A stretch of DNA of 64,000 nucleotides from an uncultured Actinomycetota bacterium (GCA_963792975.1 CAWBYG010000004.1:1914379-1978378); one strand, 5' to 3'. Shown: positions 48,015-58,033, counted from the stretch's first letter. Translations and numbers: made by a program. The notes: generated by a model not told the origin, from the sequence alone.

Positions 48015-49352
48015 GTGCAGCAGATCCTCGACGCCATCCTGTCCGGCACCGCGACCACCGACGACTATGCCGCGCTCGAGGTCCCGGCGACCTACCGCGC
48101 GGCGACGGTCCATCGCGACGAGGTCGACCTCTTCGAGGGCCTGACCAGCAAGGAGAAGGACCCCCGCAAGTCGCTGCACGTCGACGACGTACCGCTGCCC
48201 GAGCTCGGTCCCGGCGAGGCGCTGGTGGCGGTGATGGCGAGCGCCATCAACTACAACACCGTGTGGACCTCGATCTTCGAGCCGATGCCGACCTTCGGGT
48301 TCCTCGAGCGCTACGGCAAGGTCAGCCCACTCGCGAAGCGGCACGACCTGCCGTATCACATCGTCGGCTCCGACCTGTCCGGCGTGGTGCTGCGGACCGG
48401 GCTCGGTGTACACAGCTGGAAGCCCGGCGACGAGGTCGTCGCGCACTGCCTGTCGGTCGAGCTCGAGAGCCCCGACGGCCACAACGACACGATGATGGAT
48501 CCCGAGCAGCGGATCTGGGGCTTCGAGACCAACTTCGGCGGTCTCGCCGAGATCGCCCTGGTGAAGTCCAACCAGCTGATGCCCAAGCCCGCTCACCTGA
48601 CCTGGGAGGAGGCCGCGTCGCCGGGGCTGGTGAACAGCACGGCGTACCGCCAGCTGGTGAGCCGCAACGGCGCCGGCATGAAGCAGGGCGACAACGTCCT
48701 GATCTGGGGCGCCAGCGGCGGGCTCGGCGGCTTCGCGACGCAGTACGCGCTGAACGGCGGCGCCGTCCCGGTGTGCGTGGTCTCCAGCGACGAGAAGGCC
48801 GACATCTGCCGGCGCATGGGCGCTGAGCTCATCATCAACCGCGCCGAGGCCGGCTACCGGTTCTGGAAGGACGAGCAGACCCAGGACCCCAAGGAGTGGC
48901 GCCGATTGGGCTCCGACATCCGTGAGCTGACGGGCGGCGAGGACGTCGACATCGTCTTCGAGCACCCCGGACGCGAGACCTTCGGCGCCAGTGTGTACGC
49001 CGCGCGCAAGGGCGGCACCATCGTCACGTGCGCCTCGACCACGGGCTTCCTGCACGAGTACGACAACCGCTACCTGTGGATGAACCTCAAGCGCATCATC
49101 GGTTCGCACTTCGCCAACTACCGCGAGTCGTGGGAGGCCAACCGCCTGATCGCGAAGGGGATGATCCATCCCACGCTGTCGAACACCTACCCTCTGGACC
49201 AGGTCGGCCAGGCCGCGCTCGACGTCCACCACAACCTCCACCAGGGCAAGGTCGGGGTGCTGTGCCTGGCCCCCGAGGAGGGGCTCGGGGTGCGCGACCC
49301 GGAGATGCGGGCCCGCCATCTCGACGCGATCAACGCCTTCCGAGGCATCTGA
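48015..49352 (+). CDS. ccrA: Crotonyl-CoA carboxylase/reductase
   Basis: MASAINYNTVW, IWGFETNFGG, LIWGASGGLG, FEHPGRETF, GSHFAN. Confidence 0.95.
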   Translation: MQQILDAILSGTATTDDYAALEVPATYRAATVHRDEVDLFEGLTSKEKDPRKSLHVDDVPLPELGPGEALVAVMASAINYNTVWTSIFEPMPTFGFLERYGKVSPLAKRHDLPYHIVGSDLSGVVLRTGLGVHSWKPGDEVVAHCLSVELESPDGHNDTMMDPEQRIWGFETNFGGLAEIALVKSNQLMPKPAHLTWEEAASPGLVNSTAYRQLVSRNGAGMKQGDNVLIWGASGGLGGFATQYALNGGAVPVCVVSSDEKADICRRMGAELIINRAEAGYRFWKDEQTQDPKEWRRLGSDIRELTGGEDVDIVFEHPGRETFGASVYAARKGGTIVTCASTTGFLHEYDNRYLWMNLKRIIGSHFANYRESWEANRLIAKGMIHPTLSNTYPLDQVGQAALDVHHNLHQGKVGVLCLAPEEGLGVRDPEMRARHLDAINAFRGI

Positions 49353-49473
49353 GCAGAACCCGAAGGCGTGTCGCGCGTCCGGGGTGTCGACGCACGGCGA
49401 GGCGGGGTAGAAGTCGTTTCCGGTGATCCGACAGACTGGCCCCCACACCGAGATCCCGGAGGATGTCCACACC

Positions 49474-50847
49474 ATGAGCGACCAGGGCCTTTCCATCTTC
49501 GACGAGCCGGACGACGCGAACGCCGTCGACGAGGAGGCGACGAAGGTGATGAAGGCTCAGGGCCGGGACGACGCGGCTGCCCCGGCGGCGAAGAAGTCGT
49601 CGGGCCGCAAGCCGGTGCCGCCCGTGGCCGAGGCGGCACCTGAAGCGGCGCCAGAAGCAGCGCCCGAGGCGGAGGCCGACGAGCAGCCCGCGAACGAGCC
49701 GGAGGAGGATCCCCAGCCGACGGCGCAGATGAAGCCCGTCGCGCCGGCCGTCACCCCACCGGCTCGCCCAGCCCAGACCCCAGCCCAGACCCCAGCCCAG
49801 ACCACGGCTCCGACCACGGTGACGCCGGCACCGTCGGCACCGTCCGTCAGCGTCCCGGCCTTCGCAAGCGTGCGCCGCGGCGGCTACGACAAGGCCGGTG
49901 TCGACGCACACCTCCGCCAGCTCCTGGAGGCCCAGGCGGGGGCAGCACAGGCCCTGACCCAGTCCCAGCAGAGGGTCACCGAGCTCGAGCGCCAGCTCGA
50001 GGCGGCTCGCACCGAGCTCGCCGAGGCCGACAACCCGTCGTACGCCGGACTGGGCGGCCGGGCGAGCGCGATGCTGCGCCTCGCCGAGGAGGAGGCCGCG
50101 GAGATCCGTGCCGCGGGCCATCGTGACGCCGACGACATCCGCGAGCAGGCCACCCGCGACGCGAAGGCGATCCGGGCGGACGCGACCAAGGAGGCCGACG
50201 ACATGCGGCTCGTACAGCTCAAGGAGCTGGACGAGATGCGAGCGCGCATCACCGGCGACGCAGAGCAGGAGCGAGCGCTCGCCATGGGCGAGGCCGCAGA
50301 CCTCCGGGCCGCCGCCAAGCGCGAGAGCGACCAGCTCCGCCTCGCCGCCGAGCAGGAGACGCAGGAGCTGCGCGTCACCGCGACTCGGGAGGCCGAGCAG
50401 GCGCGTGCTGCCGCCGACCGTGAGGTGCAGGAGGCGCGCCGTACCCTCTCGGTCGAGAAGGAGCGTCTGGCCCGCGAGGCGACCGAGCACCACGCCACCG
50501 CGACCGCCGAGACCCGGCGGCTCGTCGAGGAGTCCGAGCAGCGCGCCGAGTCGGCCGAGGCGAGGGCCCGCGAGGCCACCAACCAGGCCACCACCCACCG
50601 CCAGCAGGCCCAGACGGAGGCCGAGGCGCTGCTGTCGCGCGCCCGTCGTGAGGCCGAGCAGGTCGTCGCCTCCGCGCGGACCCAGGCCGAGGCCGTGACC
50701 GCGTCCGGCAACGCGGAGCAGGAGCGCAACCTGGCCGCCCTGCGGGCCGAGGTGGACCGGATGACGAAGCGTCGCGAGGCGATCTCCGCGCAGCTCGGGT
50801 CGCTGCGCGAGCTGATGGCCGGCTTCGGCGGCGACGAGGAGGCGTGA
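49474..50847 (+). CDS. DivIVA-domain coiled-coil protein (FilP/Scy-like)
   Basis: FASVRRGGYDKAGVD, SYAGLGGRASAMLRLAEEEA, long Ala/Glu coiled coil; Pro/Ala-rich N-terminus. Confidence 0.8.
   Translation: MSDQGLSIFDEPDDANAVDEEATKVMKAQGRDDAAAPAAKKSSGRKPVPPVAEAAPEAAPEAAPEAEADEQPANEPEEDPQPTAQMKPVAPAVTPPARPAQTPAQTPAQTTAPTTVTPAPSAPSVSVPAFASVRRGGYDKAGVDAHLRQLLEAQAGAAQALTQSQQRVTELERQLEAARTELAEADNPSYAGLGGRASAMLRLAEEEAAEIRAAGHRDADDIREQATRDAKAIRADATKEADDMRLVQLKELDEMRARITGDAEQERALAMGEAADLRAAAKRESDQLRLAAEQETQELRVTATREAEQARAAADREVQEARRTLSVEKERLAREATEHHATATAETRRLVEESEQRAESAEARAREATNQATTHRQQAQTEAEALLSRARREAEQVVASARTQAEAVTASGNAEQERNLAALRAEVDRMTKRREAISAQLGSLRELMAGFGGDEEA
49768..49803 (+). repeat. 12-bp coding tandem repeat (PAQT x3)
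   Basis: CCAGCCCAGACC x3. Confidence 0.8.
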
Positions 50848-52019
50848 CCGACAACGGCCTCGACCCGGAGCCGTCCGACGAGGCTGTCGACGAGGTCGCC
50901 GTACAGATCTCGGGCGAGGTGGACGACGGCATCCAGTTCCTGCACGATCCCGGCCGCTCGCCCGACGACCTCGGGACGCCCGGCAGCCCGCTGAACACCC
51001 GCTCGCCGTTCATGTGGGGGCTGCTCGGCGGCGCGGGTGCCCTGGTGGCCCTGTGGCTGGGCCTGATGATCCTCCGGATCGGCTCCGTGCTGGTGCTGGT
51101 CGTCGTGGCGCTGTTCCTCGCGGTGGGGCTCAACCCGGCGGTCGAGCTGCTCATGCGGCGCGGCCTCAAGCGCCCCTGGGCGGTGCTCTGCGTCATCGTC
51201 GGTGTGCTGGTCGTCTTCGCGCTCTTCCTGGTCGCGGTCGTCCCGGTGGTCAGCCACCAGGTCACCGCGATCGGCGACAACCTGCCGCACTGGTTCGACC
51301 GGCTCCAGCGCAACGCCACCATCCGCCGGTTCGACGACAAGTACGACCTCAGTACCAAGATCACCGACTACCTCAAGAGCGGGACCCTCGCCCAGAAGCT
51401 CTTCGGCGGTGCGCTCGGCCTCGGCTTGGCGATCCTCGGCCTGTTGGCCAACACGTTCGTGGTGGTCGTGCTGACGCTCTACTTCCTGGCGTCGCTCCCC
51501 TCCATGAAGCAGGCGGCGTACCAGCTCGCCCCCGCCTCCCGCCGCGAGCGCGTCTCGCTGCTCGGCGACCGGGTCCTCCGCAACATCGGCGGTTACGTGT
51601 CGGGAGCCTTCGTGGTGGCGCTGTGCGCCGGGCTGAGCACGATGGTGTTCCTGTTCGCCGTCGGCCTCGGCAGCTACGCCGTCGCGCTGGCGCTGGTGGT
51701 CGCCCTGCTCGACGTGATCCCGATGATCGGGGCCACCATCGGCGCGGTCGTCGTCTGTGCGATCGCCTTCGCGACCGACTCCACCACCGGGTTGATCTGC
51801 GTGGTCTTCTACATCGCCTACCAGCAGCTCGAGAACTACGTGATCTACCCGCGCGTGATGTCGCGCTCGGTGGAGATTCCCGGTGCCCTGACCGTGATCG
51901 CGGCACTGATCGGCGGTTCCCTGCTCGGCGTCGTCGGCGCACTGTTCGCCATCCCGACCGCCGCCTCGATCCTGCTCCTGGTCAAGGAGGTCTTCCTCCC
52001 ACGCCAGGACGCGCGATAG
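50844..52019 (+). CDS. AI-2E family transporter
   Basis: LAVGLNPAV, DVIPMIGA, YQQLENYVIYPRVM, GALFAIP. Confidence 0.92.
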   Translation: MTDNGLDPEPSDEAVDEVAVQISGEVDDGIQFLHDPGRSPDDLGTPGSPLNTRSPFMWGLLGGAGALVALWLGLMILRIGSVLVLVVVALFLAVGLNPAVELLMRRGLKRPWAVLCVIVGVLVVFALFLVAVVPVVSHQVTAIGDNLPHWFDRLQRNATIRRFDDKYDLSTKITDYLKSGTLAQKLFGGALGLGLAILGLLANTFVVVVLTLYFLASLPSMKQAAYQLAPASRRERVSLLGDRVLRNIGGYVSGAFVVALCAGLSTMVFLFAVGLGSYAVALALVVALLDVIPMIGATIGAVVVCAIAFATDSTTGLICVVFYIAYQQLENYVIYPRVMSRSVEIPGALTVIAALIGGSLLGVVGALFAIPTAASILLLVKEVFLPRQDAR

Positions 52020-52029
52020 CGCGCGTGCC

Positions 52030-52986
52030 GTGAGCTCCTGCTGTGTGCCCGCGCGGCCACCCGGCGAGGATGATGGCGTGGCGCGAGCCGGCGATCGCGG
52101 TGACCGGACTGCCGGCGCGATCGCAGCGCTCGGCCCCTCGCCCGTGCTCGCGGCGATCCCGGCGGGGCGTTTCCTGATGGGGTCCGACGATCCACGCGGC
52201 TATATCGCCGACGGCGAGGGCCCGCCGCACCCGGTCGAGCTGGGCTCGTACCGGATCGGGGTACACACGATCACGAACGACGAGTTCGCGGCGTTCGTCG
52301 ACGCGACCGGGCATCGGACCACCGCCGAGGACCTCGGCTCGTCGTTCGTGTTCAGCGGTCTCCTGCCGCCGGGCTTCCCCCCGACCAGGGCGGTCGCGAC
52401 GGCGCCGTGGTGGCGCGAGGTACCGGGCGCCGACTGGCGCCGGCCCGAAGGTCCGCAGAGCTCGGTTGCCGGCCGCGAGGACCACCCGGTCGTCCACGTG
52501 AGCTGGTACGACGCCGTCGCGTTCTGCGCGTGGAGCGGCACGCGTCTGCCTACGGAGGCGGAGTGGGAGCGCGCCGCGCGAGGGGGCGAGGAGGGGTATC
52601 ACTTCCCGTGGGGAGACGAGCGGGAGCCCGGCGGCCAGCACCGGATGAACGTCTTCCAGGGCGAGTTCCCGGGTCACGACACCGGAGCCGACGGTTGGGT
52701 CGGCACCTGCCCCGTGGGCACCTTCCCGCCCAACGCCTTCGGGCTCCACGAGACGACCGGCAACGTCTGGGAGTGGTGCGCCGACCGGTTCGCTCCCGAC
52801 TACTACCGGCACTCCCCCGACACCGACCCGACCGGGCCTCTGGCGGGCACCTCCCGGGTCGTGCGCGGCGGCAGCTACTTGTGCCACGACAGCTACTGCT
52901 GGCGCTACCGGGTCGACGCCCGCAGCGCCAACACCCCCGACAGCAGCACCGGGAACACCGGCTTCCGGGTCGCGGCCCGCGCCTAG
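52030..52986 (+). CDS. Formylglycine-generating enzyme (SUMF1)
   Basis: FLMGS, HPVVHVSW, RLPTEAEWE, GNVWEW, RGGSYLCHDSYCWRYR, TGFR. Confidence 0.92.
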   Translation: MSSCCVPARPPGEDDGVARAGDRGDRTAGAIAALGPSPVLAAIPAGRFLMGSDDPRGYIADGEGPPHPVELGSYRIGVHTITNDEFAAFVDATGHRTTAEDLGSSFVFSGLLPPGFPPTRAVATAPWWREVPGADWRRPEGPQSSVAGREDHPVVHVSWYDAVAFCAWSGTRLPTEAEWERAARGGEEGYHFPWGDEREPGGQHRMNVFQGEFPGHDTGADGWVGTCPVGTFPPNAFGLHETTGNVWEWCADRFAPDYYRHSPDTDPTGPLAGTSRVVRGGSYLCHDSYCWRYRVDARSANTPDSSTGNTGFRVAARA

Positions 52987-53032
52987 GGCGTGTCTCCTTA
53001 GTTCAGTCGTGAAGTGCTGATTTTCTGGGGCC

Positions 53033-53425
53033 ATGTCTCGTGAACGAGTCCTGACCGATGGGCAGTGGGAGCGGATCGCGCCGTTGATGCCGTCCTCCGA
53101 CGGTGTGAAGTCCCGACCGTTTCGCGACCACCGTCAGGTGGTCGAGGGCGTGATCTACCGGTTCCGGACCGGGATCGCCTGGCGCGATCTCCCGGCCTCC
53201 TTCGGGCCGTGGCAGACCGTGTGGAAGCGGCACCACCGCTTCTCGGTGGACGGCACCTGGGACAAGATCCACGCCCGCCTACTGGCCCAGGCCGACGCGG
53301 CCGGCGAGATCGACTGGATGGTCTCGGTCGACTCCACGATCAACCGTGCCCATCAGCACGCGACCACGTTGAGCCGGGTCGAGGTGCCCGCCGGCCGTCG
53401 CCCCACCAGTCGCACAGGGGGCTGA
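53033..53425 (+). CDS. IS5 transposase OrfA
   Basis: LTDGQW, YRFRTGIAWRDLP..FGPWQTV, VSVDST (first Asp). Confidence 0.9.
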   Translation: MSRERVLTDGQWERIAPLMPSSDGVKSRPFRDHRQVVEGVIYRFRTGIAWRDLPASFGPWQTVWKRHHRFSVDGTWDKIHARLLAQADAAGEIDWMVSVDSTINRAHQHATTLSRVEVPAGRRPTSRTGG

Positions 53426-53435
53426 GTCGAGTTAC

Positions 53436-53948
53436 ATGAACCTGCGTGAGGAGCCGCCCGACCACGCGATCGGCCGCTCCCGCGGTGGGCTCTCGACCAA
53501 GATCCACCAGCTCGTCGACGGGCGCGGCCGTCCCCTGGTCATCGCGCTGACGCCCGGGCAGTCAGGAGACTCACCGATGCTGATTCCACTGCTCGCGCAC
53601 CTGGCCGTGCACCGGATCGGGCCGGGACGACCACGCACCCGTCCTGAGGCCCTGCTCGCTGACAAGGCGTACTCCTCGCGCGGCACCCGCGCCATGTTGC
53701 GCGCACGCGGAGTCCGGACGGTCATCCCGCAACCCTCTGACCAGATCGCCCACCGCCAGCGACGAGGCCGAGCAGGCGGCCGGCCCCCGGCCTTCGACCC
53801 GACCGCCTACAAGGGCCGCAACGTCATCGAGCGATCCTTCAACGACCACAAGCAATGGCGCGGCCTGGCCACCCGCTACGACAAGCTCGCCGCCGTCTAC
53901 CGAGGAGGCGTCGTCTTACGCGCCATCGCTATCTGGCTCTCGACTTAG
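53436..53948 (+). CDS. IS5 transposase OrfB (probably fused to OrfA by frameshift)
   Basis: GRSRGGLSTKIH, LADKAY, YKGRNVIER, ATRYDK. Confidence 0.88.
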   Translation: MNLREEPPDHAIGRSRGGLSTKIHQLVDGRGRPLVIALTPGQSGDSPMLIPLLAHLAVHRIGPGRPRTRPEALLADKAYSSRGTRAMLRARGVRTVIPQPSDQIAHRQRRGRAGGRPPAFDPTAYKGRNVIERSFNDHKQWRGLATRYDKLAAVYRGGVVLRAIAIWLST

Positions 53949-53992
53949 GAGACACGCCCTAGTTGTACTCGGCGAGCACTGCGCTCTCCGTG

Positions 53993-55420
53993 TCACTGGA
54001 GGATGGGAGCCACGATCCTGATGCCTTGCTCAATGTCGCGCTCGGCGGTGTTCCCGAAACCGATGACGAGCTGCGGCGGTCCAGCCTCCGGCGCCGCTCG
54101 GTAGGGACTGATCCCGTAGAGCCCGACGCCGACCCGGCGTGCCCGGGCCAGGACGGCGTCTTCGTCGGCGCCCTCCGGCAGGTGGGCGACCGCATGGAAC
54201 CCGGCGGCCAGCCCGGTCAGCGGCACCTGCGGCGCGTGCTGGGCCAGGGCCGCGACCAGCGTGTCGCGGCGCCGGGAGTAGACGGCGCGCATACGGCGCA
54301 GGTGCCGGTCGTAGCGTCCGGACTCGAGCAGCCTGGCCAGGGCGAGCTGGTCGAGTCCGGGGGCACCACGGTCGGCGGTCTGCTTGGCGGAGCCCACCGG
54401 CTCGGTCAGCCAGGTCGGCAGCACCGCCCAGCCGAGCCGGAGGGTGGGTGCGAGCGCCTTGCTCACCGTGCCCAGGGAGACCACCCGTTCCGGGGCGAGT
54501 CCCTGCAGGGACCCGATCGGCTCCCGGTCGTATCGGAACTCGGCGTCGTAGTCGTCCTCGATGATCACCCCATGGTGCTCGTGTGCCCAGGCGATCAGGT
54601 CGTGGCGCCGATCAGCGGTGAGCACCACCCCGGTGGGCCATTGGTGGGCAGGAGTCACGACCACGACCTGCGCGCCGCTGGCCTCGAGGGCAGCGACATC
54701 GAGGCCGGCGCCATCGACGCGCACGGGCACGCAGTGGCCGCCGGCCGCGCGAGCGAGCGCGGTGACGGTGCCGATCGAGCCCGGGTCCTCGACCGCGACC
54801 AAGGTGCGGCCCTGGAGAGCCAAGGTGCGGAGCACGAGTGCCAGGCCCTGTTGGAATCCGGCGCAGACGAGGGTCTGGGACGCGCGCGCGTCGGCTGCCC
54901 TCACCCGGCGAAGGTACGCCGCGAGCACCTCGCGCAGGTGCACGTCGCCACGCGGGTCCCCGTAGTCGAACGCGCTGTTCGGCGCCGTCCGGCACGCCTC
55001 GCGCACGGCCCAGGCCCAGTCCTCTCGTGGGGCGAGCCCGAGGTCGGGTACTCCGGACTGGAAGTCGGCCACCAGCGACGGGGTCGGAGCCCGCGCGGCG
55101 GGCAGCTGCGATGGCTGGTGCGAGCCCCGGCGCGATGGCTGGTGTGCGGCGAGGTCTGCGACCCGGGTGCCCGATCCGCTGCGGGAGACCAGGTAGCCCT
55201 CGGCGACCAGCTGTTCGAAGCACTCCTGGACGATGCCGCGGGAGAGCCCCAGATGCCCTGCGAGGGCGCGCGTGCTCGGCAGTCGCTCGGCGGCGCCCAG
55301 GCGACCGGTGCGGACGGCGTCGCGCAGCCGTTCCTCGAGCTGCGCGCGAAGTGAGGCCGGCCCCTCCCGATCGAGGGACACCAACAGGTCCGGAGCAGAA
55401 GTGGACCACTCGACAGCCAC
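53993..55420 (-). CDS. MocR/GabR-family PLP-dependent regulator
   Basis: RLPSTRALA HTH; VEDPG, TPAHQWPTG, EDDYD, GTVSKALAP. Confidence 0.93.
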   Translation of the reverse strand: MAVEWSTSAPDLLVSLDREGPASLRAQLEERLRDAVRTGRLGAAERLPSTRALAGHLGLSRGIVQECFEQLVAEGYLVSRSGSGTRVADLAAHQPSRRGSHQPSQLPAARAPTPSLVADFQSGVPDLGLAPREDWAWAVREACRTAPNSAFDYGDPRGDVHLREVLAAYLRRVRAADARASQTLVCAGFQQGLALVLRTLALQGRTLVAVEDPGSIGTVTALARAAGGHCVPVRVDGAGLDVAALEASGAQVVVVTPAHQWPTGVVLTADRRHDLIAWAHEHHGVIIEDDYDAEFRYDREPIGSLQGLAPERVVSLGTVSKALAPTLRLGWAVLPTWLTEPVGSAKQTADRGAPGLDQLALARLLESGRYDRHLRRMRAVYSRRRDTLVAALAQHAPQVPLTGLAAGFHAVAHLPEGADEDAVLARARRVGVGLYGISPYRAAPEAGPPQLVIGFGNTAERDIEQGIRIVAPILQ

Positions 55421-55467
55421 GAAAGCGGACCTTAGCAGGGACCCACCCCCGGCCTAGCGTCCCATCC

Positions 55468-56652
55468 ATGAGCCCTCTGGTGTCCCGCCCCCTGCTCCTT
55501 CGACTGGTCACCGTCGTCGCCGGTGCCCTTGGTTTCTACCTGCCGTTGGCCGCGGTCCCGATGTTCGCCCAGTCCGTGGGAACGGGGACTTCCGCCGGGT
55601 TGGCGAACGCGGCCCTGCTCTTCGCCACGGTTGTGACCGAGCTGGTCACACCGCGCATCGTCACCCTCGTCGGGTACCGCTGGGCACTGGCCGCCGGGCT
55701 CGTCCTGCTCGGCACGCCGGCCCTCGTCCTCCTGACCCCGGCCGGAGCCTCGGTGGCCGTCGTGGTCGCGGTCAACGCCGTGCGCGGGGTGGGCTTCGCA
55801 GTCTCCGTCGTCGCCGGTGGCGCACTGACAGCCGCCCTGATCCCGGCCGAACGCCGCGGCGAAGGGCTGGCGCTGGTCGGCCTGGTGGGCGGCGTCCCGG
55901 CCCTGCTGGCGCTGCCGCTCGGCACCTGGGCGGCCACCCACTGGGGCTACGGTTCCGTGTTCGCCATCACCGCGCTCGTACCGGTCGTCGCGATCGCGAC
56001 CGTGCCCGGACTGCCCGCCCGGGACGCCGCGTCCGACGGGTCGCACGGCGTCCTGCATGGGCTGCGGCGCACCGCGCTGGTCCGCCCCGCCGCGATCTTC
56101 GCCGCATCGGCGTCGGCCGCAGGAGTCGTGGTCACCTTCGTGCCCCTCGCCGTCGGTGCCCACGCCGCCTGGGTAGCCCCGACGGCCCTGCTGCTGCAGC
56201 CCACCACCTCGACCCTGGCCCGCTGGGTCGCCGGACGACTCGGTGACCGGCACGGTCAGACCCGGCTTCTCGTGCCCGGCGCCTCGCTGTCGGTGATCGG
56301 CATGGCCGCGATGGCCGCAACGAGCACCGGGTGGCTGGTCGCCGTCGGCGCCGCGGTCTTCGGGACCGGGTTCGGGCTGCTCCAGAACGCCACCCTCACC
56401 CTGCTGTACGCACGCGTCACCGAGCACGAGTACGGAACCGTCAGCGCGATCTGGAACGGCGCCTACGACCTCGGCATGGGCCTCGGTGCCCTGGCCGTCG
56501 GAACCCTGGTGACCAGGACCGGCTTCGGCGCCGCCTTCCTCGTCGTCGCCGCGACAATGCTCCCGGCCCTCGCCCTGGCCCACAAGGAAGCGCGACCCGC
56601 CGCTCACCCCGTCACCGGCCTCGACCTCATCGAAGTCCCCGTCGCCGCCTGA
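55468..56652 (+). CDS. MFS transporter
   Basis: About 12 TM segments; PAERRGEG, GRLGDRHG, YDLGMG. Confidence 0.88.
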   Translation: MSPLVSRPLLLRLVTVVAGALGFYLPLAAVPMFAQSVGTGTSAGLANAALLFATVVTELVTPRIVTLVGYRWALAAGLVLLGTPALVLLTPAGASVAVVVAVNAVRGVGFAVSVVAGGALTAALIPAERRGEGLALVGLVGGVPALLALPLGTWAATHWGYGSVFAITALVPVVAIATVPGLPARDAASDGSHGVLHGLRRTALVRPAAIFAASASAAGVVVTFVPLAVGAHAAWVAPTALLLQPTTSTLARWVAGRLGDRHGQTRLLVPGASLSVIGMAAMAATSTGWLVAVGAAVFGTGFGLLQNATLTLLYARVTEHEYGTVSAIWNGAYDLGMGLGALAVGTLVTRTGFGAAFLVVAATMLPALALAHKEARPAAHPVTGLDLIEVPVAA

Positions 56653-56869
56653 CCCAGGGGCGGCCGTTGGGTCGCATCGTGAACAGCTCGAACGGTCCTT
56701 GGCCGTCAGGGTCGGTTCTGGACCTGGGTGAGCACCATCCCATCGCCGCTGGGCGACCAGGGGTCGGAAGGAGCTGGTAGGAGCTATTCATCCCGGCAGC
56801 ATGGCCCGCTAGAGTTGACGGCGAACGTATGCAGTCGATGGTGCGCTGGTGCGAGGAGGGGTGTGCTCC

Positions 56870-57964
56870 GTGGCCGTCAGCGAGACGCCCCCCACCAGCG
56901 AGCCCGCCGGTGCCCAACAGGCGGGCAGCCGTGCGCGTGGGCGACCCGTCACGATGCGCGATGTCGCCCGCGCGACGAACGTCTCGCAGAGCACCGTCTC
57001 CCGCGTGTTGAATCGGACGCCGACCACCGTCCCCATCGCTGAGGAGACGCGTGAGCGCGTCTTCGCCACTGCCAGGGCCCTCGGCTACCGGCCTAATCCT
57101 CTTGCCCGTGGCCTGCGCGGCGCCAGCACGATGTTGCTCGGCGTCATCGTGCGAGAGATCACCGACCCGTTCTTCGCCGGTGCGATCGAAGCGGTGACGA
57201 CGGCCGCTGGCGTGCGCGGCTACAACGTTGTGCTCGGTCATGCCCACGCGCGAGCGGAGGAGGCCATCACGTTGTGGGGTGTCCTCGAGGCGCGGCACTG
57301 CGACGCGATCCTGCTGCTGGGCGACATGCGGGACCAGCCTCGCCTGCTCCAGGATCTGCGCGGGGAGCACGTCCCGGTCGTCGCCTTGTGGCACGGCGCG
57401 ACGACGGATGTGCCTTGCGTGACGGTCGACAACAAGGCGGGCATCCGGGCCGTTCTGGACCATCTCACCGGGCTCGGGCACCGACGGATCGCCTTTGTCG
57501 GCCCACGCCGTCTCGGAGACATCGAGGAGCGAGGAGCGGCGTTCGTGCAGTACTTCGCCGACCTCGCCGAGCCGATGCGCGCCGGCTACCTCGAGCACGT
57601 TTCGAACGAGCCGAGCGGCGGGATCGATGCACTCGCGCGCTTGCTCGAGCTGCGTGAGCCTCCCACCGCCGTCGTGGGAGCGACCGACGTCCTCGCGATG
57701 GGGCTCCTCCATGCCGCACACTCTCACGGGTTGCGAGTGCCCGAGCAGCTGTCGATCACCGGCTTCGACGACATCGCGATGGCGGCGTACGCCGTCCCGG
57801 CGTTGACCACGGTCCGGATGCCGATGGGCGAGATGGTGGATCAGGCGTTGCGCCTGGCTCTGGACAACGCCGAGCCGGGTAACGAGCAGCAGATCCCCGT
57901 GCTCGAGCCCTCTCTGGTCGTGCGGGAGTCGACCGGCCGCGTCACCCGCGACTCAGGCGGATGA
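56870..57964 (+). CDS. LacI-family regulator
   Basis: TMRDVARATNVSQSTVSRVLN, LGYRPN, GFDD, LTTV. Confidence 0.94.
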   Translation: MAVSETPPTSEPAGAQQAGSRARGRPVTMRDVARATNVSQSTVSRVLNRTPTTVPIAEETRERVFATARALGYRPNPLARGLRGASTMLLGVIVREITDPFFAGAIEAVTTAAGVRGYNVVLGHAHARAEEAITLWGVLEARHCDAILLLGDMRDQPRLLQDLRGEHVPVVALWHGATTDVPCVTVDNKAGIRAVLDHLTGLGHRRIAFVGPRRLGDIEERGAAFVQYFADLAEPMRAGYLEHVSNEPSGGIDALARLLELREPPTAVVGATDVLAMGLLHAAHSHGLRVPEQLSITGFDDIAMAAYAVPALTTVRMPMGEMVDQALRLALDNAEPGNEQQIPVLEPSLVVRESTGRVTRDSGG

Positions 57965-58033
57965 GGGCTGCAGGATCCAGATCGGGGTCAGCTCATGCCG
58001 GCTTCGGACCATGCTCGTGGGTCGTGGGCGACG

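Larger units (their letters stand above)
52986..53959 (+). mobile_element. IS5-family insertion sequence (two-ORF, IS427-like)
   Basis: TIRs GGGCGTGTCTCCTTAGT / ACTTAGGAGACACGCCC (16/17 match), flanked by TA within CTAG at both ends. Confidence 0.93.
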
